Origin: a bacterium
GTDB taxonomy: Bacteria > Patescibacteriota > Saccharimonadia > Saccharimonadales > AWTP1-31
Direction of reading: 5' to 3'
DNA: 64,000 bases
NCBI GenBank assembly: GCA_030426125.1
Contig: JAUHZB010000001.1
Coordinates: 26,462 to 90,461 of the forward strand
Position 1 is the first letter of the stretch. Each line of letters starts with the position of its first letter. Made by a program: the position numbers and the translations under genes. The notes beneath the pieces were generated by a model, which was not told where the DNA came from, did no database searches, and saw only the letters and a list, made by a program, of their open reading frames with translations. Of this stretch, positions 39,576-49,139 are shown one piece after another.

Positions 39576-40295
39576 ATGTTAAACCAACCACCAAAAATAG
39601 GAATAGTATCTGGCATCGGACCCTTAGCTGGGGCTGATGTACTTACAAAAGTAATTAAAAATGCTGCTAAGTATTTTAACGCAGTCGAAGACTACGAATA
39701 CCCCGATGTAGTGTTGATCAATCATGGAATAAAAGGAGTCGATAGCAGCGCTAAGCTAAGCGATGTTTTTGAAGAAGAATTAATAACCATGGTTAGTCAG
39801 TTAGAATCTCAGGGAGCCAATATTATTGGCATTGCCTGCAACACCGCTCATCTATACCTGGATAAGATCCCGATTAAACCAAACACAAAATTACTAAACC
39901 TAATAGATCTAGTAGCAAAATGCGCAAGCGGAACAAACAACAACCTGCTACTAACCTCAAGAACCACTAAAGAAAAAGGGTTATATAGCAAATACCTAAG
40001 TAAGTATGGTTGTTCATACTCAGGGACTAACTTCACCCAACAACAGTTAGTTGATCAGGCAATAGCTGCAATTATGGCTCATGATTTAGAGAAGGCAGGG
40101 AAGCTCGTAGCAAATATATTTGATTCTGTTAAACCTTCAGAAGTATCTACAATAATCGCCGGATGTACCGAGTTACCAATCGCAATTGACAATTGTTTGA
40201 GCAAAAAAAGATTTAAAGTAATTGATTCTAATGATGTTCTAGCCAGAAATTTAGTTGAAGAATATTACAGGTCTAAGCTCCAGGCTGACTACTAA
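39576..40295 (+). CDS. Asp/Glu racemase family (aspartate racemase-like)
   Basis: IGIVSGIGPLAGADV, GIACNTAHLYLD, IAGCTELPIA motifs with the two catalytic Cys positions. Confidence 0.75.
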   Translation: MLNQPPKIGIVSGIGPLAGADVLTKVIKNAAKYFNAVEDYEYPDVVLINHGIKGVDSSAKLSDVFEEELITMVSQLESQGANIIGIACNTAHLYLDKIPIKPNTKLLNLIDLVAKCASGTNNNLLLTSRTTKEKGLYSKYLSKYGCSYSGTNFTQQQLVDQAIAAIMAHDLEKAGKLVANIFDSVKPSEVSTIIAGCTELPIAIDNCLSKKRFKVIDSNDVLARNLVEEYYRSKLQADY

Positions 40296-40866
40296 CTTTA
40301 ACTACGTGTGCTTCCCGCCATGAATCAAAAACCCCGGGCCTTCCTACCACCTTCTTTGACTCAAAAACAAAACCATTCTGGCGTTTAGATCTGTAAAAAT
40401 CCAAGAAACATATACTGTCTTCAAGCAGATAAGGGAAATCTGGAGATTCTTTTAGATCATCAGGCATGCCTAGTAGCCAGTCTATCTTGGCTTCCAATAA
40501 TTCAATATTGGCCTCTAGCAACCAACTCATAGTCTGATGGTCGTCTTCGAACTCCGGAGCTTTTTTCCATCTATCTATTGGCCACCAAGTAGGAAACAGG
40601 TTGCCCTTGTCAGTGTAATATTCTGTGAAAAGACGATCTTCGCCATTAGCTTCACCGTTTCCCTCAAAACGAACCGTACCGTCACTAGCCAACCCTCGGC
40701 AAATCGCAACCTCTCCAATACTACTGCTGTGTCCATAGTAGAGGTAACCTTCCTCGCAATCTTCCATAGCTACGTTAACCGTGTCGGTCTGCCAGAACTC
40801 ACGAAAATAGTCTGTAGCTAAATCTTTATTCACTTCTGGTGAAAGTGATGAATCTAACTGTTTCAT
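40273..40866 (-). CDS. hypothetical protein
   Basis: 197 aa, no motif recognised; 23-nt overlap with convergent racemase gene. Confidence 0.4.
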   Translation of the reverse strand: MKQLDSSLSPEVNKDLATDYFREFWQTDTVNVAMEDCEEGYLYYGHSSSIGEVAICRGLASDGTVRFEGNGEANGEDRLFTEYYTDKGNLFPTWWPIDRWKKAPEFEDDHQTMSWLLEANIELLEAKIDWLLGMPDDLKESPDFPYLLEDSICFLDFYRSKRQNGFVFESKKVVGRPGVFDSWREAHVVKVSSQPGA

Positions 40867-40907
40867 AAAGTATATTATGAATTAAAAGTAATTGTTTAGC
40901 AAATTCT

Positions 40908-41915
40908 CTACTTCTTCCAAACCCTAACATAATCTATCTTAACGTCTGATGCTGGACCAGCTTTAGGTGTCTTACCGCTTTTATATCCAACATTAAATAT
41001 TAGATATTCTTCAGCTCCACCATCATAAGTTGGGTATCTTGTAACCTCCTGGCCGTCGACATAAATAACATTCAGTCCTTGACGACGATCAACACCATAA
41101 ATATGGTAGGTATCACACCAATCACTGCCAGGACCTATAGTAAACTGAGTAATTTCACGGCCATTCCCACGATCAAAATGATAGTTACTAGTCATCCGTC
41201 CAGTTCCACCAATTTCAGCTACATCTATCTCGCCATCGCCAAAACCGCTCTGATTACCATTAATCCACCAGGCTGGCCAGTTATAGCAATTAGTTCCATT
41301 GCCAGGGAAGTGAACCCTCGCTTCTGCAAAATGACCATCAGTCATGACGAATCCTTGACCCTCAACTTCAGAAGGTAGGGACATGATTAATGCACCTTTA
41401 TCGGTGGAGTCATTCTCCGCAACCGTCGATTGCCTCAACACTGCATTGCCCGACTCAACTCGTACATTAGACTTCAAAGTCTGTGAATCATTCATCTTTC
41501 CACAAACATCTGAGCCGGGAAACGCTCGAGGAAAAAAGCAGGGCGCCCATTTATTGGTATTTAAGGTTGTTCCATTAAATTCATCACTAAAAACCATGTT
41601 CGTCCAACTTGTCCCCGTGCCATTGTCCACGCAGGGAACAAAAGAATCTCCACTTTTACAGCCCTGATCAGAAGAAACGCTCTCTTGTTTAAACTCCACA
41701 GCTTCGCCACTAGATGCACTTGCATCAATAAATTGCATTGCCGGTAATCGAACATCACCTGTCTCGGCCTCAGTAGCAATAAAGTTACCACTAGCACCTG
41801 AGATACCGAGTATTATTATTCCAACAAGCGCAACTATTACTGAAGAAATTAGAATAATTGTTTTTCTTGAATAATATTTTCTTTTTATAGCGAGAAGTTT
41901 ATTAAACATAACCAA
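40908..41915 (-). CDS. glycoside hydrolase family 16 (beta-glucanase/laminarinase-like) with N-terminal membrane anchor
   Basis: FSDEFNG, WPAWW and catalytic E-x-D-x-x-E as GEIDVAEIGG. Confidence 0.65.
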   Translation of the reverse strand: MVMFNKLLAIKRKYYSRKTIILISSVIVALVGIIILGISGASGNFIATEAETGDVRLPAMQFIDASASSGEAVEFKQESVSSDQGCKSGDSFVPCVDNGTGTSWTNMVFSDEFNGTTLNTNKWAPCFFPRAFPGSDVCGKMNDSQTLKSNVRVESGNAVLRQSTVAENDSTDKGALIMSLPSEVEGQGFVMTDGHFAEARVHFPGNGTNCYNWPAWWINGNQSGFGDGEIDVAEIGGTGRMTSNYHFDRGNGREITQFTIGPGSDWCDTYHIYGVDRRQGLNVIYVDGQEVTRYPTYDGGAEEYLIFNVGYKSGKTPKAGPASDVKIDYVRVWKK

Positions 41916-41937
41916 AGTATAGCAAAATATCTAAATG

Positions 41938-42498
41938 TTAAGTCAGCTCTGAATACTTTTTAGCAAACAATTTAATAGCCTTGGATCTATGACTAACTGC
42001 GTCCTTTTCGGCGGTATTCATTTCTCCGTAAGTCTTACTGCTGCCTTCAGGAATAAAAACCTTGTCAAAACCAAAGCCATTATCTCCACGCGGCGCCACA
42101 ACAACTCCTTTATTTTTGCCAACTACTGAGAAAGACCGTTGGCCATCGTAGTAAGCTATAGCGCAAGCAACTCTAGCGGGTTCGTTTTCTCTTCCAGCCA
42201 GTAGATGTAGTGCGTTTTCACCGATTGTTTTTAAAAAGAACTTAATAAAAGGACCAGGGAGCCAACCTAACTTCTCAATTCCAGCGCTAACGTCTTCTAC
42301 GATTACTGGTGTTTTTAGGATATTGTAAGCACGTTTTGCTTTATCTAAAACAATTTCTTCAGGATCAAGGGACTGTATTTCAGGGATATCTAAATCATGG
42401 ATATCAATGTCCAATCCTAATTCCGAGTCCAGTATTCTGCGCCATTCCGCTAGCTTACCTGTATTACCGGATACTAAAGTTAGCTTCATTGGGCACAT
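41938..42498 (-). CDS. rdgB: non-canonical purine NTP pyrophosphatase RdgB/Ham1 (dITP/XTP pyrophosphatase)
   Basis: LVSGNTGKLAEW, TPVIVEDVSAGIEKLGWLPGPF, FGFDKVFIP, SHRSKA motifs. Confidence 0.8.
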   Translation of the reverse strand: MCPMKLTLVSGNTGKLAEWRRILDSELGLDIDIHDLDIPEIQSLDPEEIVLDKAKRAYNILKTPVIVEDVSAGIEKLGWLPGPFIKFFLKTIGENALHLLAGRENEPARVACAIAYYDGQRSFSVVGKNKGVVVAPRGDNGFGFDKVFIPEGSSKTYGEMNTAEKDAVSHRSKAIKLFAKKYSELT

Positions 42499-42545
42499 TT
42501 TATCATAAGCATAAGCGGTACAACATTATTGCATAGATTAGAACC

Positions 42546-42929
42546 TTAATCTTTGTCAGTTTCTACACACACATTCCTCAGGGCGGGTGATCCAATTAAG
42601 TTTGGACATTCTTCACATCTACGAAATCGAGGACAGTTAATTCTAGTATAATCAAAAGATATGTCGCTGATAGCCATACCATGCTCAGCTATTGGCTGAA
42701 CAACTTCACTGTAGGCGTGGTACTCTCCATCTCTGTCTGGTATACATCGCTTGGTCTTAAATATACCTGAAGCTAAAACATCATCGGCAACCTCTAAAGG
42801 CTCTTTTAACCAAACAACCCTATCATCGCCTATGACGTGCTGAGATCTGTCAGCTGATCTTTGCTCATCGATTCTTCTTAGCTCTTGAATCCATTGTTTT
42901 TCGCGTTCATTTAGCCACTCTACCGACAT
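42546..42929 (-). CDS. hypothetical Cys-containing protein (CPRFRRCEECPN)
   Basis: 127 aa; no family recognised. Confidence 0.4.
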   Translation of the reverse strand: MSVEWLNEREKQWIQELRRIDEQRSADRSQHVIGDDRVVWLKEPLEVADDVLASGIFKTKRCIPDRDGEYHAYSEVVQPIAEHGMAISDISFDYTRINCPRFRRCEECPNLIGSPALRNVCVETDKD

Positions 42930-43121
42930 ATACAGCCGCCATCACTATCACTCTTCTGTTCGAAATTTACCATAGATAAATTATCTCAGACTTTGAAGTA
43001 ATTAAAAGCAGAAACGAAATAGTACAGCATCTTGATCGATACTAGAACGTTATTGGTGTAACTATTTACTAGACAATTATTATAATTTTGTTATAATACA
43101 ACTGAGAAAGGTTGTTAAATT

Positions 43122-43334
43122 ATGGCACAAAAAGTTATAAAAATCGGAAGTTCTTTAGGCGTTACTATTCCAAAAAAAGAACTTAGCGAACTCAACATCA
43201 TAGCTGGAGATGAAGTTGAAGTAGCAATAAAGAAAAAGTCTAGTAAAGCTATTAAGCACGAACAGTTACTAAAAAATCTCGAGGGTTTTATGGATACATA
43301 TGACCAAGATCTCAAGAATTTAGCAAAAAGGTAA
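43122..43334 (+). CDS. AbrB/MazE (SpoVT-AbrB) type antitoxin
   Basis: 70 aa; MAQKVIKIGSSLGVTIPKKELSELNIIAGDEVEV swapped-hairpin motif; 1-nt overlap (TAATG) with doc. Confidence 0.7.
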   Translation: MAQKVIKIGSSLGVTIPKKELSELNIIAGDEVEVAIKKKSSKAIKHEQLLKNLEGFMDTYDQDLKNLAKR

Positions 43335-43720
43335 TGAAATATTTGACGGCCGAGGAAATCTTGTTGATTCACCACCAACTCATCGAGCGATATGGTGGAT
43401 CGCACGGTACTCGTGATTTATCCAGAATTAAATCCGTGGCTATCGCGCCGTCTCAATTTGTTTTTGGTGAAGAGCAATACAAAACAATTTTTAAAAAAGC
43501 AGCCGTTTACGCACGCAATATAATTACTGATCACCCGTTTCATGATGGAAATAAGCGAACAGGAATTACAACTGCTGCAATGTTCTTAGCTAAAAATGGA
43601 TATAATCTAAAAACAGGTGTAGGTGAAATAGAAAACTTCGCCGTAAAAATTGCGACTAAAAAGCTGAGTGTTGACGATATTGCCAACTGGCTTAAGCAAC
43701 ACACAAGCACAATCAATTAG
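43334..43720 (+). CDS. doc: Doc (death-on-curing) Fic-family toxin
   Basis: HPFHDGNKRTG = Doc/Fic core motif HxFx(D/N)GNKR. Confidence 0.8.
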   Translation: MKYLTAEEILLIHHQLIERYGGSHGTRDLSRIKSVAIAPSQFVFGEEQYKTIFKKAAVYARNIITDHPFHDGNKRTGITTAAMFLAKNGYNLKTGVGEIENFAVKIATKKLSVDDIANWLKQHTSTIN

Positions 43721-43760
43721 CTATAAGTGGTATGGTGCAGCATTGTTGCTGAGGTTAGAA

Positions 43761-44162
43761 CTAATCTTCAACATAATAGCTATATATATCCACAGCAGCC
43801 AATGAGCCAGCAAACCTAACAATAATACCGTCTTCGGGTAGAAGTGATTTAAAGTGTTCTAAGTGATCTTCTCCAGCCCTGCCAATTATTGCGTCTTTAG
43901 GAAAATGCAAACCAACTATACGTACATCTTTTAGCCTTGTTTCATCTACAAAGATATTAATATCATTATCACCGTCAACTTCCAGTGTATGCTCATCTCT
44001 AATACCCGCATTAAATTGATCACTAACTGGGTGTATATTAATCTTGCCAGAAATCCCAAAGGGGTTTTTTCTATCACCGCCTAGATGACCGTCAATAAGA
44101 CTGAATACTTCAGGCTCTGAAAGGTCCAGGAATAAAGCTTTTTCGCCAACAGTTACATCCAT
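43761..44162 (-). CDS. hypothetical protein
   Basis: 133 aa; no motif recognised. Confidence 0.35.
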   Translation of the reverse strand: MDVTVGEKALFLDLSEPEVFSLIDGHLGGDRKNPFGISGKINIHPVSDQFNAGIRDEHTLEVDGDNDINIFVDETRLKDVRIVGLHFPKDAIIGRAGEDHLEHFKSLLPEDGIIVRFAGSLAAVDIYSYYVED

Positions 44163-44209
44163 TCCTAAAATCTAATATCTGTTAACTATTAATGCAAGCA
44201 TAAGCGATA

Positions 44210-44286
44210 TGGTACACCCGACAGGATTCGAACCTACGACCTTTGGCTCCGCAAGCCAACGCTCTATCCAGCTGAGCTACGGGTGC
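44210..44286 (-). tRNA. tRNA-Arg (anticodon read as GCG), 77 nt, CCA encoded
   Basis: Reverse complement GCACCCGTAGCTCAGCTGGATAGAGCGTTGGCTTGCGGAGCCAAAGGTCGTAGGTTCGAATCCTGTCGGGTGTACCA; closely resembles bacterial tRNA-Arg; anticodon loop UUGCGGA. Confidence 0.75.
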
Positions 44287-44348
44287 ATACTGTGTTGTGC
44301 TCTAATTATTAGAACAGGGGTTATCTTAACATATTTAATCTGTTAGCG

Positions 44349-44972
44349 CTAGAATCTAATCTTGTGCATTAGGGTGTCAACAAAATCAGGTTTTCGTTCT
44401 TCTATCGGTAAATAGCCACTTAATATGTCCACTATTTTATCTCTGTCATTAGGGTCAAAGTAAATACTAAGTCCAGGAGCAAAGCGCTGCAGGGGAAGTA
44501 ACCAGATAGCCTCCACACCTCCTTCATTTACGACTGAAAAAGACTTGAAAGAAGCAAATGGGTATAGCTTCTTATCTACGGTTAGACCATTATTATCTAT
44601 TAAATAGGGAAGTTCTCTAGGCTTCCGAGCCGCTGTATAACCAAAGATTACAGATATTATTACTATTACCCCAACAATAAATAAGTCTCCACTTAAGAAA
44701 AAGGCGCCAACAGCAGTAATGGCCGTTATTACCATTAGGCCTAGATACCATAGGAATGTTTTTGAGTGAGCAATAAACTCTGAGGCCGTCCAACCAATAG
44801 ACTCAGAAGGCTGGGGGTTACCATCAACAACAGCCGGCTGATCGGTTGAATCATCTCCGCCATTATAGGTCCAGCCCGCTTGTTGATCAGTAGCTTGACT
44901 CTGGTCATTACTCTGGTCATTATTGGATGGTTGCATAAGCATATTGTAACCTAATAACTTAATCCTATACAA
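44349..44972 (-). CDS. hypothetical membrane protein (2 TM helices)
   Basis: 207 aa; N-terminal Q/D/N-rich region, two hydrophobic helices. Confidence 0.4.
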   Translation of the reverse strand: MYRIKLLGYNMLMQPSNNDQSNDQSQATDQQAGWTYNGGDDSTDQPAVVDGNPQPSESIGWTASEFIAHSKTFLWYLGLMVITAITAVGAFFLSGDLFIVGVIVIISVIFGYTAARKPRELPYLIDNNGLTVDKKLYPFASFKSFSVVNEGGVEAIWLLPLQRFAPGLSIYFDPNDRDKIVDILSGYLPIEERKPDFVDTLMHKIRF

Positions 44973-45089
44973 CGAATATTAAGCACCTTTGTAGCAAACA
45001 ACAAACAACACTACACTTCTTAAAGAAATGTGCTATAATTTACCTCTGTTAATATATCAATTAACATTGCTGCTACAACAAATGTGCCT

Positions 45090-45182
45090 GGAGGGGTACC
45101 CAAGTGGCTTAAGGGGACGGTTTGCTAAATCGTTAGTGGGGCGCAAGCTCCAGCGAGGGTTCGAATCCCTCCTCCTCCGCCA
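45090..45182 (+). tRNA. tRNA-Ser (anticodon GCT), 93 nt, CCA encoded
   Basis: GGAGGGGTACCCAAGTGGCTTAAGGGGACGGTTTGCTAAATCGTT...GGTTCGAATCCCTCCTCCTCCGCCA; long variable arm. Confidence 0.85.
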
Positions 45183-45207
45183 GATTCAATCAAATTTCAC
45201 CTTATAC

Positions 45208-45297
<90 letters not shown>

Positions 45298-45347
45298 TTT
45301 ATTATTACGTTTCTTTTTATCCCTAATCTTATAGTTACATTTATCAG

Positions 45348-46076
45348 CTAAGCCCTAGCAAAAACCAGAGCGTCTACTCTTCTAGCTCCTGAATTCAATA
45401 GACAACTGGCAGCAGCTTCTAGCGAAGCGCCGGTGGTTAGCACATCATCCACTAGCAACACATCTTTATCTTTAACCTGAGCACCAAACTTTATCCGAAA
45501 AGCACCCTCCATTTGACTAAGTCGGTCAATCTTTTTAGAACCAACCTGCCTGGCTTGCCCTAGTCTGGTCAGAGCAGGGCGATAAGGAACACCCAAAGAA
45601 CTAGCTAATCTTCTTGCTATTAGTTGTGAGTGATCATAGCCTCGCTGACGCCTACGACTACTGGCCGTTGGCAAGGGTACTAATATTTGCTCTTGGTTAA
45701 CCGACTTTTGGTCGATAACCAACTCCAGCATACTATCAGCAATTATACTCGATGCAGCTTTGGCTCTTTCAAACTTCAATCTACGTACTAGTTCTTTAGC
45801 TATGCCTTGGTATTTAGTTCTAAGCCTTACAGAATTAAGTGAACTAATCGACTTGCAACTACTACAGGTAGTAAAATCGTCGGTCGTTCGAGCGCACAGA
45901 TAACAACAACTCGCTAGAGGGCTACCAAGTTTGGGCCAGCAACTGCGACATAGCAACTGACCCTCGTCACCACAGCTCAAACAACTATGGGGAGCAAATA
46001 AAGCTATAACAGATTCAATCATATTCATGTTGTACATATAGTGTTGTAAATAGTCCTTATGGGGTTGAAGCCTCAA
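45348..46076 (-). CDS. comF: ComF-family protein (Zn-ribbon plus phosphoribosyltransferase domain)
   Basis: N-terminal CLSCG...CRSCW, C-terminal PRTase motif VLLVDDVLTTGASL. Confidence 0.75.
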   Translation of the reverse strand: MRLQPHKDYLQHYMYNMNMIESVIALFAPHSCLSCGDEGQLLCRSCWPKLGSPLASCCYLCARTTDDFTTCSSCKSISSLNSVRLRTKYQGIAKELVRRLKFERAKAASSIIADSMLELVIDQKSVNQEQILVPLPTASSRRRQRGYDHSQLIARRLASSLGVPYRPALTRLGQARQVGSKKIDRLSQMEGAFRIKFGAQVKDKDVLLVDDVLTTGASLEAAASCLLNSGARRVDALVFARA

Positions 46077-46151
46077 TTTAGCTAAGTTATACTACTTTTA
46101 AGATAAAAATGCTATTATAAAAATACAATTAGTACCTGGAGGGTAACAACT

Positions 46152-46631
46152 ATGGCGCGACGTGACCGCGATGAAGATTTATTGATGGAAGATGAGCTAA
46201 CCGCAGCTTTTCTGGGTGATGATGAACCAACTACTAAGGCTCCACCTGCCAAACAACCAGAAGTAGAAGAGCAAATCGAAGAAGAGTGGGATGAAGAAGA
46301 AACAGTACCAGGACAACTGGCTGTAGATGTTTATGAGACAAAAGAGAAGCTAGTTGTAAAAGCTCGAACTGCTGGAGTGAATAAAAGTGAACTAGACGTA
46401 AGTATCGCAGATAATACTCTTAGTATCCGGGGCACCCTATCTGCCGGTAACGAAGATGACGTTGAAAACTACTTTGTTCAAGAATGTTACTGGGGTGAAT
46501 TCTCTAGAAGCATTACTCTACCAGTACCAGTAAAGGAAGAAGAGATTGAAGCTGTTCTAAAAGACGGCGTTCTAACTATTAGCTTCACTAAGCTAAAACA
46601 AGACACCGTTAAGAAGATCCAAGTCCTATAA
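46152..46631 (+). CDS. Hsp20/alpha-crystallin family small heat-shock protein
   Basis: 159 aa; alpha-crystallin domain, C-terminal GVLTI motif. Confidence 0.85.
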   Translation: MARRDRDEDLLMEDELTAAFLGDDEPTTKAPPAKQPEVEEQIEEEWDEEETVPGQLAVDVYETKEKLVVKARTAGVNKSELDVSIADNTLSIRGTLSAGNEDDVENYFVQECYWGEFSRSITLPVPVKEEEIEAVLKDGVLTISFTKLKQDTVKKIQVL

Positions 46632-46697
46632 TTTCCTATATAGGTACTGGCTAGATTTACTAACTGTATAGTTACAGTGTAGCGCTAACAAAAAAAA

Positions 46698-46722
46698 CAC
46701 CCTTCCGAAGAGGGGTGTTTTT
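46698..46722. terminator. bidirectional intrinsic terminator between convergent hsp20 and pilin-array genes
   Basis: A-run, CACCCTTC-cgaa-GAGGGGTG stem-loop, TTTTT. Confidence 0.7.
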
Positions 46723-46761
46723 AATTACCTAAGCTAATCGCTAGTTAGCGTACTGGACTGT

Positions 46762-47181
46762 TTATCCGCTTTGGCCAACAAATCGTTCTAGTACGAAACG
46801 TACAATGATCTGGGCAAGTGCTACTACTACAAGGCCAATTACAGCGTATAGAATAGTATTCTTGGCGGCTGTAATGTTAGAACTTTCACCTTGAGAGGTA
46901 ATGTATTTAACACCACCGACAATGATCATTACTACAGCGATGATACCAACTACTGCACTAAATAGGTTAAGGCCTAGGGTTACAGTTTCGTTTACTTGGG
47001 TTCCAGCTGATTCGTCAGTTACACAAGTTCCATCAGCGCCAAGTAATTCACCGTCTGTTCCAGAACAAACACTGTCTTGAAGCTCAAAAGCGGCATTTGC
47101 CACTGGAGCCATTGCAAATGGAGTAACTAGCGCTGCTGAAGCTAGAACTGTTATTAACATTTGTTTAATTGTTTTTATCAT
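46762..47181 (-). CDS. VirB2/TrbC-like T4SS pilin-family protein, paralog 1 (last in array)
   Basis: Signal peptide ...PVANA, Cys pair (CSGTDGELLGADGTC), two C-terminal hydrophobic helices with GGVKYITSQGES...AKNTILYAVIGLVVV motif. Confidence 0.55.
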   Translation of the reverse strand: MIKTIKQMLITVLASAALVTPFAMAPVANAAFELQDSVCSGTDGELLGADGTCVTDESAGTQVNETVTLGLNLFSAVVGIIAVVMIIVGGVKYITSQGESSNITAAKNTILYAVIGLVVVALAQIIVRFVLERFVGQSG

Positions 47182-47254
47182 TTTAAATTTTAACCTTTCT
47201 TTATTCTCTATTGTTTATACCATAACTTGCTTGGGCTTATCAAGTTGTTTGTCC

Positions 47255-47659
47255 TTATGTAAACTGCGTCAATACAAACCTAACAATAATCTGAGCTAGA
47301 GCAACTATTACAAGACCTATAAGGGCATACATCACACTATTTTTTGCTTCGTTTATTTTACCGCTCTCACCCTGTGATGTCATGTACTTTACCCCACCGA
47401 TCATAACCATAACTATGGCTATTATTCCAATAATAGCACTAAATAGATTTAGGCCAGTCTGGATAATACCGTCCACAGAAGTTGAGTCTGGATTTTCGCA
47501 ACCGTCTCCACTAGCCGAACTCACCCCAGCTCCTGCACAAACCGCTTTCTTGGCTGTTTCATCTGCAGCTGAGGCCATTGACGGAAAAAGAGATATTGCA
47601 AACATGCTACCGAAAAACATAATTAAGGCTATAGTGGTTAATTGAATTTTTCTTATCAT
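47255..47659 (-). CDS. VirB2/TrbC-like pilin-family protein, paralog 2
   Basis: Signal ...MASA, Cys pair, GGVKYMTSQGESGKINEAKNSVMYALIGLVIVALAQ motif. Confidence 0.55.
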   Translation of the reverse strand: MIRKIQLTTIALIMFFGSMFAISLFPSMASAADETAKKAVCAGAGVSSASGDGCENPDSTSVDGIIQTGLNLFSAIIGIIAIVMVMIGGVKYMTSQGESGKINEAKNSVMYALIGLVIVALAQIIVRFVLTQFT

Positions 47660-48066
47660 AATCTACTCTGTATAAAATACACTATTGTGCGAGCTAAAAC
47701 CAGTACCACAATACCTACTGCAGTATAAATCAAACCAGTCCTTGCTTTAGTAACTTTTGCGCTATCTCCTGACGACATAATTAGTTGTAGTCCATTGTAC
47801 ATAACCATGACAACAGCGATAATTCCACCGACTGCAGCAACTAGATTAGCGATAGTAGATATCAAATTATCTTCACCAGCTAATAGATCAGTGTCTGTTG
47901 GAGTCTGACATACGGCAGAATCGCTTGCAGATCCAGCAGAACCGTCACGACAACCAGGGAATGGATCAACAGCACTAACAGTATCCATATTCACCAATGA
48001 AAAAGTTAAGAATAAGAAACTTATTAGTGTGAATAGCTGTAGGAACAAAGGAATTTTTTTAATCAT
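47656..48066 (-). CDS. VirB2/TrbC-like pilin-family protein, paralog 3
   Basis: Signal ...VSA, Cys pair, NGLQLIMSSGDSAKVTKARTGLIYTAVGIVVL motif; 4-nt overlap with paralog 2. Confidence 0.5.
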   Translation of the reverse strand: MIKKIPLFLQLFTLISFLFLTFSLVNMDTVSAVDPFPGCRDGSAGSASDSAVCQTPTDTDLLAGEDNLISTIANLVAAVGGIIAVVMVMYNGLQLIMSSGDSAKVTKARTGLIYTAVGIVVLVLARTIVYFIQSRL

Positions 48067-48347
48067 ACACGATTCACCACAAAGTTAAGGATAGTAGAAG
48101 CCGATACTGCCACAGCTAAACCTAGAGCGGCATAAATTATAGACTTTCGTGCCTTGGATAAAGCTTGTGGGTCATCTTGGGCTAACATAAACTTAATGCC
48201 TGATATCATAATAACTATCAGGGAAACTCCACCTATAATTACAAATACTATGTACAAAATTGTCTGAAATGGATCACGTGTTGTTGTATCTATATTTGGC
48301 AGTGGGCTTGTATCCACAGCAAGCAGCCTGGCTAAACTACTAAACAT
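48063..48347 (-). CDS. VirB2/TrbC-like pilin-family protein, paralog 4 (short, 94 aa, no clear signal peptide)
   Basis: ISGIKFMLAQDDPQALSKARKSIIYAALGLAVAV motif; 4-nt overlap with paralog 3. Confidence 0.45.
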   Translation of the reverse strand: MFSSLARLLAVDTSPLPNIDTTTRDPFQTILYIVFVIIGGVSLIVIMISGIKFMLAQDDPQALSKARKSIIYAALGLAVAVSASTILNFVVNRV

Positions 48348-48349
48348 AA

Positions 48350-48739
48350 CTAAAACCTCCCTGCAACATAAACCACAATACCTGATGCCAGAGTCACAAT
48401 AACCACTCCAATTAGAGCATTCATTATAGTAGTCTTAGCATCTTTCACACCCTCAGGTTCACCCTGGCTGGTAATAAATTTAAAACCGCCATAAATGATA
48501 AAGCCAAAGGCCACTAGTCCACCGAATCGAAGCAATATATCGATAATTGCTAAGCCAATTTTTAACAGATCGGCTGGGTTTGAAGCAAAATCTATATCTA
48601 CCTTACAGCTTTCGGTGAAATCCAAATACTTATACCAAGTAGGGAAAATACCAAGGAATAATGAATTCTTGCCACATTCGGGACCTGCTGCGAAAAGAAC
48701 AGGAAGATAACTGTTTAAGCTTGCTATGGTAAGCCACAT
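48350..48739 (-). CDS. VirB2/TrbC-like pilin-family protein, paralog 5
   Basis: Cys pair (CGK...C), GGFKFITSQGEPEGVKDAKTTIMNALIGVVIVTLA motif. Confidence 0.5.
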   Translation of the reverse strand: MWLTIASLNSYLPVLFAAGPECGKNSLFLGIFPTWYKYLDFTESCKVDIDFASNPADLLKIGLAIIDILLRFGGLVAFGFIIYGGFKFITSQGEPEGVKDAKTTIMNALIGVVIVTLASGIVVYVAGRF

Positions 48740-48740
48740 T

Positions 48741-49139
48741 TTATATTACCCCTCCTGGCCACAACCATTGTAGTAACCCTAAGAAAAATATATAAGTAAC
48801 AAGCGCCAATATAGCATTATTTATTTTGCTTTTGGCAGCCGAGACTTTCTGAGGGTCACTACCAGCAGAAGTATACTGAATTCCAGCAATAATTATCATA
48901 GCGGTTACTACTATACCAATGGTGTAGGTCAAGAGCTTTATAGCCGGATCTATTAGTTTCTCGGTAATATCACAGTCTTCAGTGCTATCACACCGACTAA
49001 AGCTTGGTTCTTCGTCAGCAGCTAATACTGTCTGTGAAGGAACAACCGCAACACTTAGCAGAAAGCTTGAAAAAATAGCTAAAAATATTAGTTTTATGTT
49101 TATTAGATTAAATGTTGGTTTTTTGAGTATTGTAAACAT
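48741..49139 (-). CDS. VirB2/TrbC-like pilin-family protein, paralog 6 (first in array)
   Basis: Signal ...VLAA, Cys pair (CDSTEDC), AGIQYTSAGSDPQKVSAAKSKINNAILALV motif. Confidence 0.5.
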   Translation of the reverse strand: MFTILKKPTFNLINIKLIFLAIFSSFLLSVAVVPSQTVLAADEEPSFSRCDSTEDCDITEKLIDPAIKLLTYTIGIVVTAMIIIAGIQYTSAGSDPQKVSAAKSKINNAILALVTYIFFLGLLQWLWPGGVI

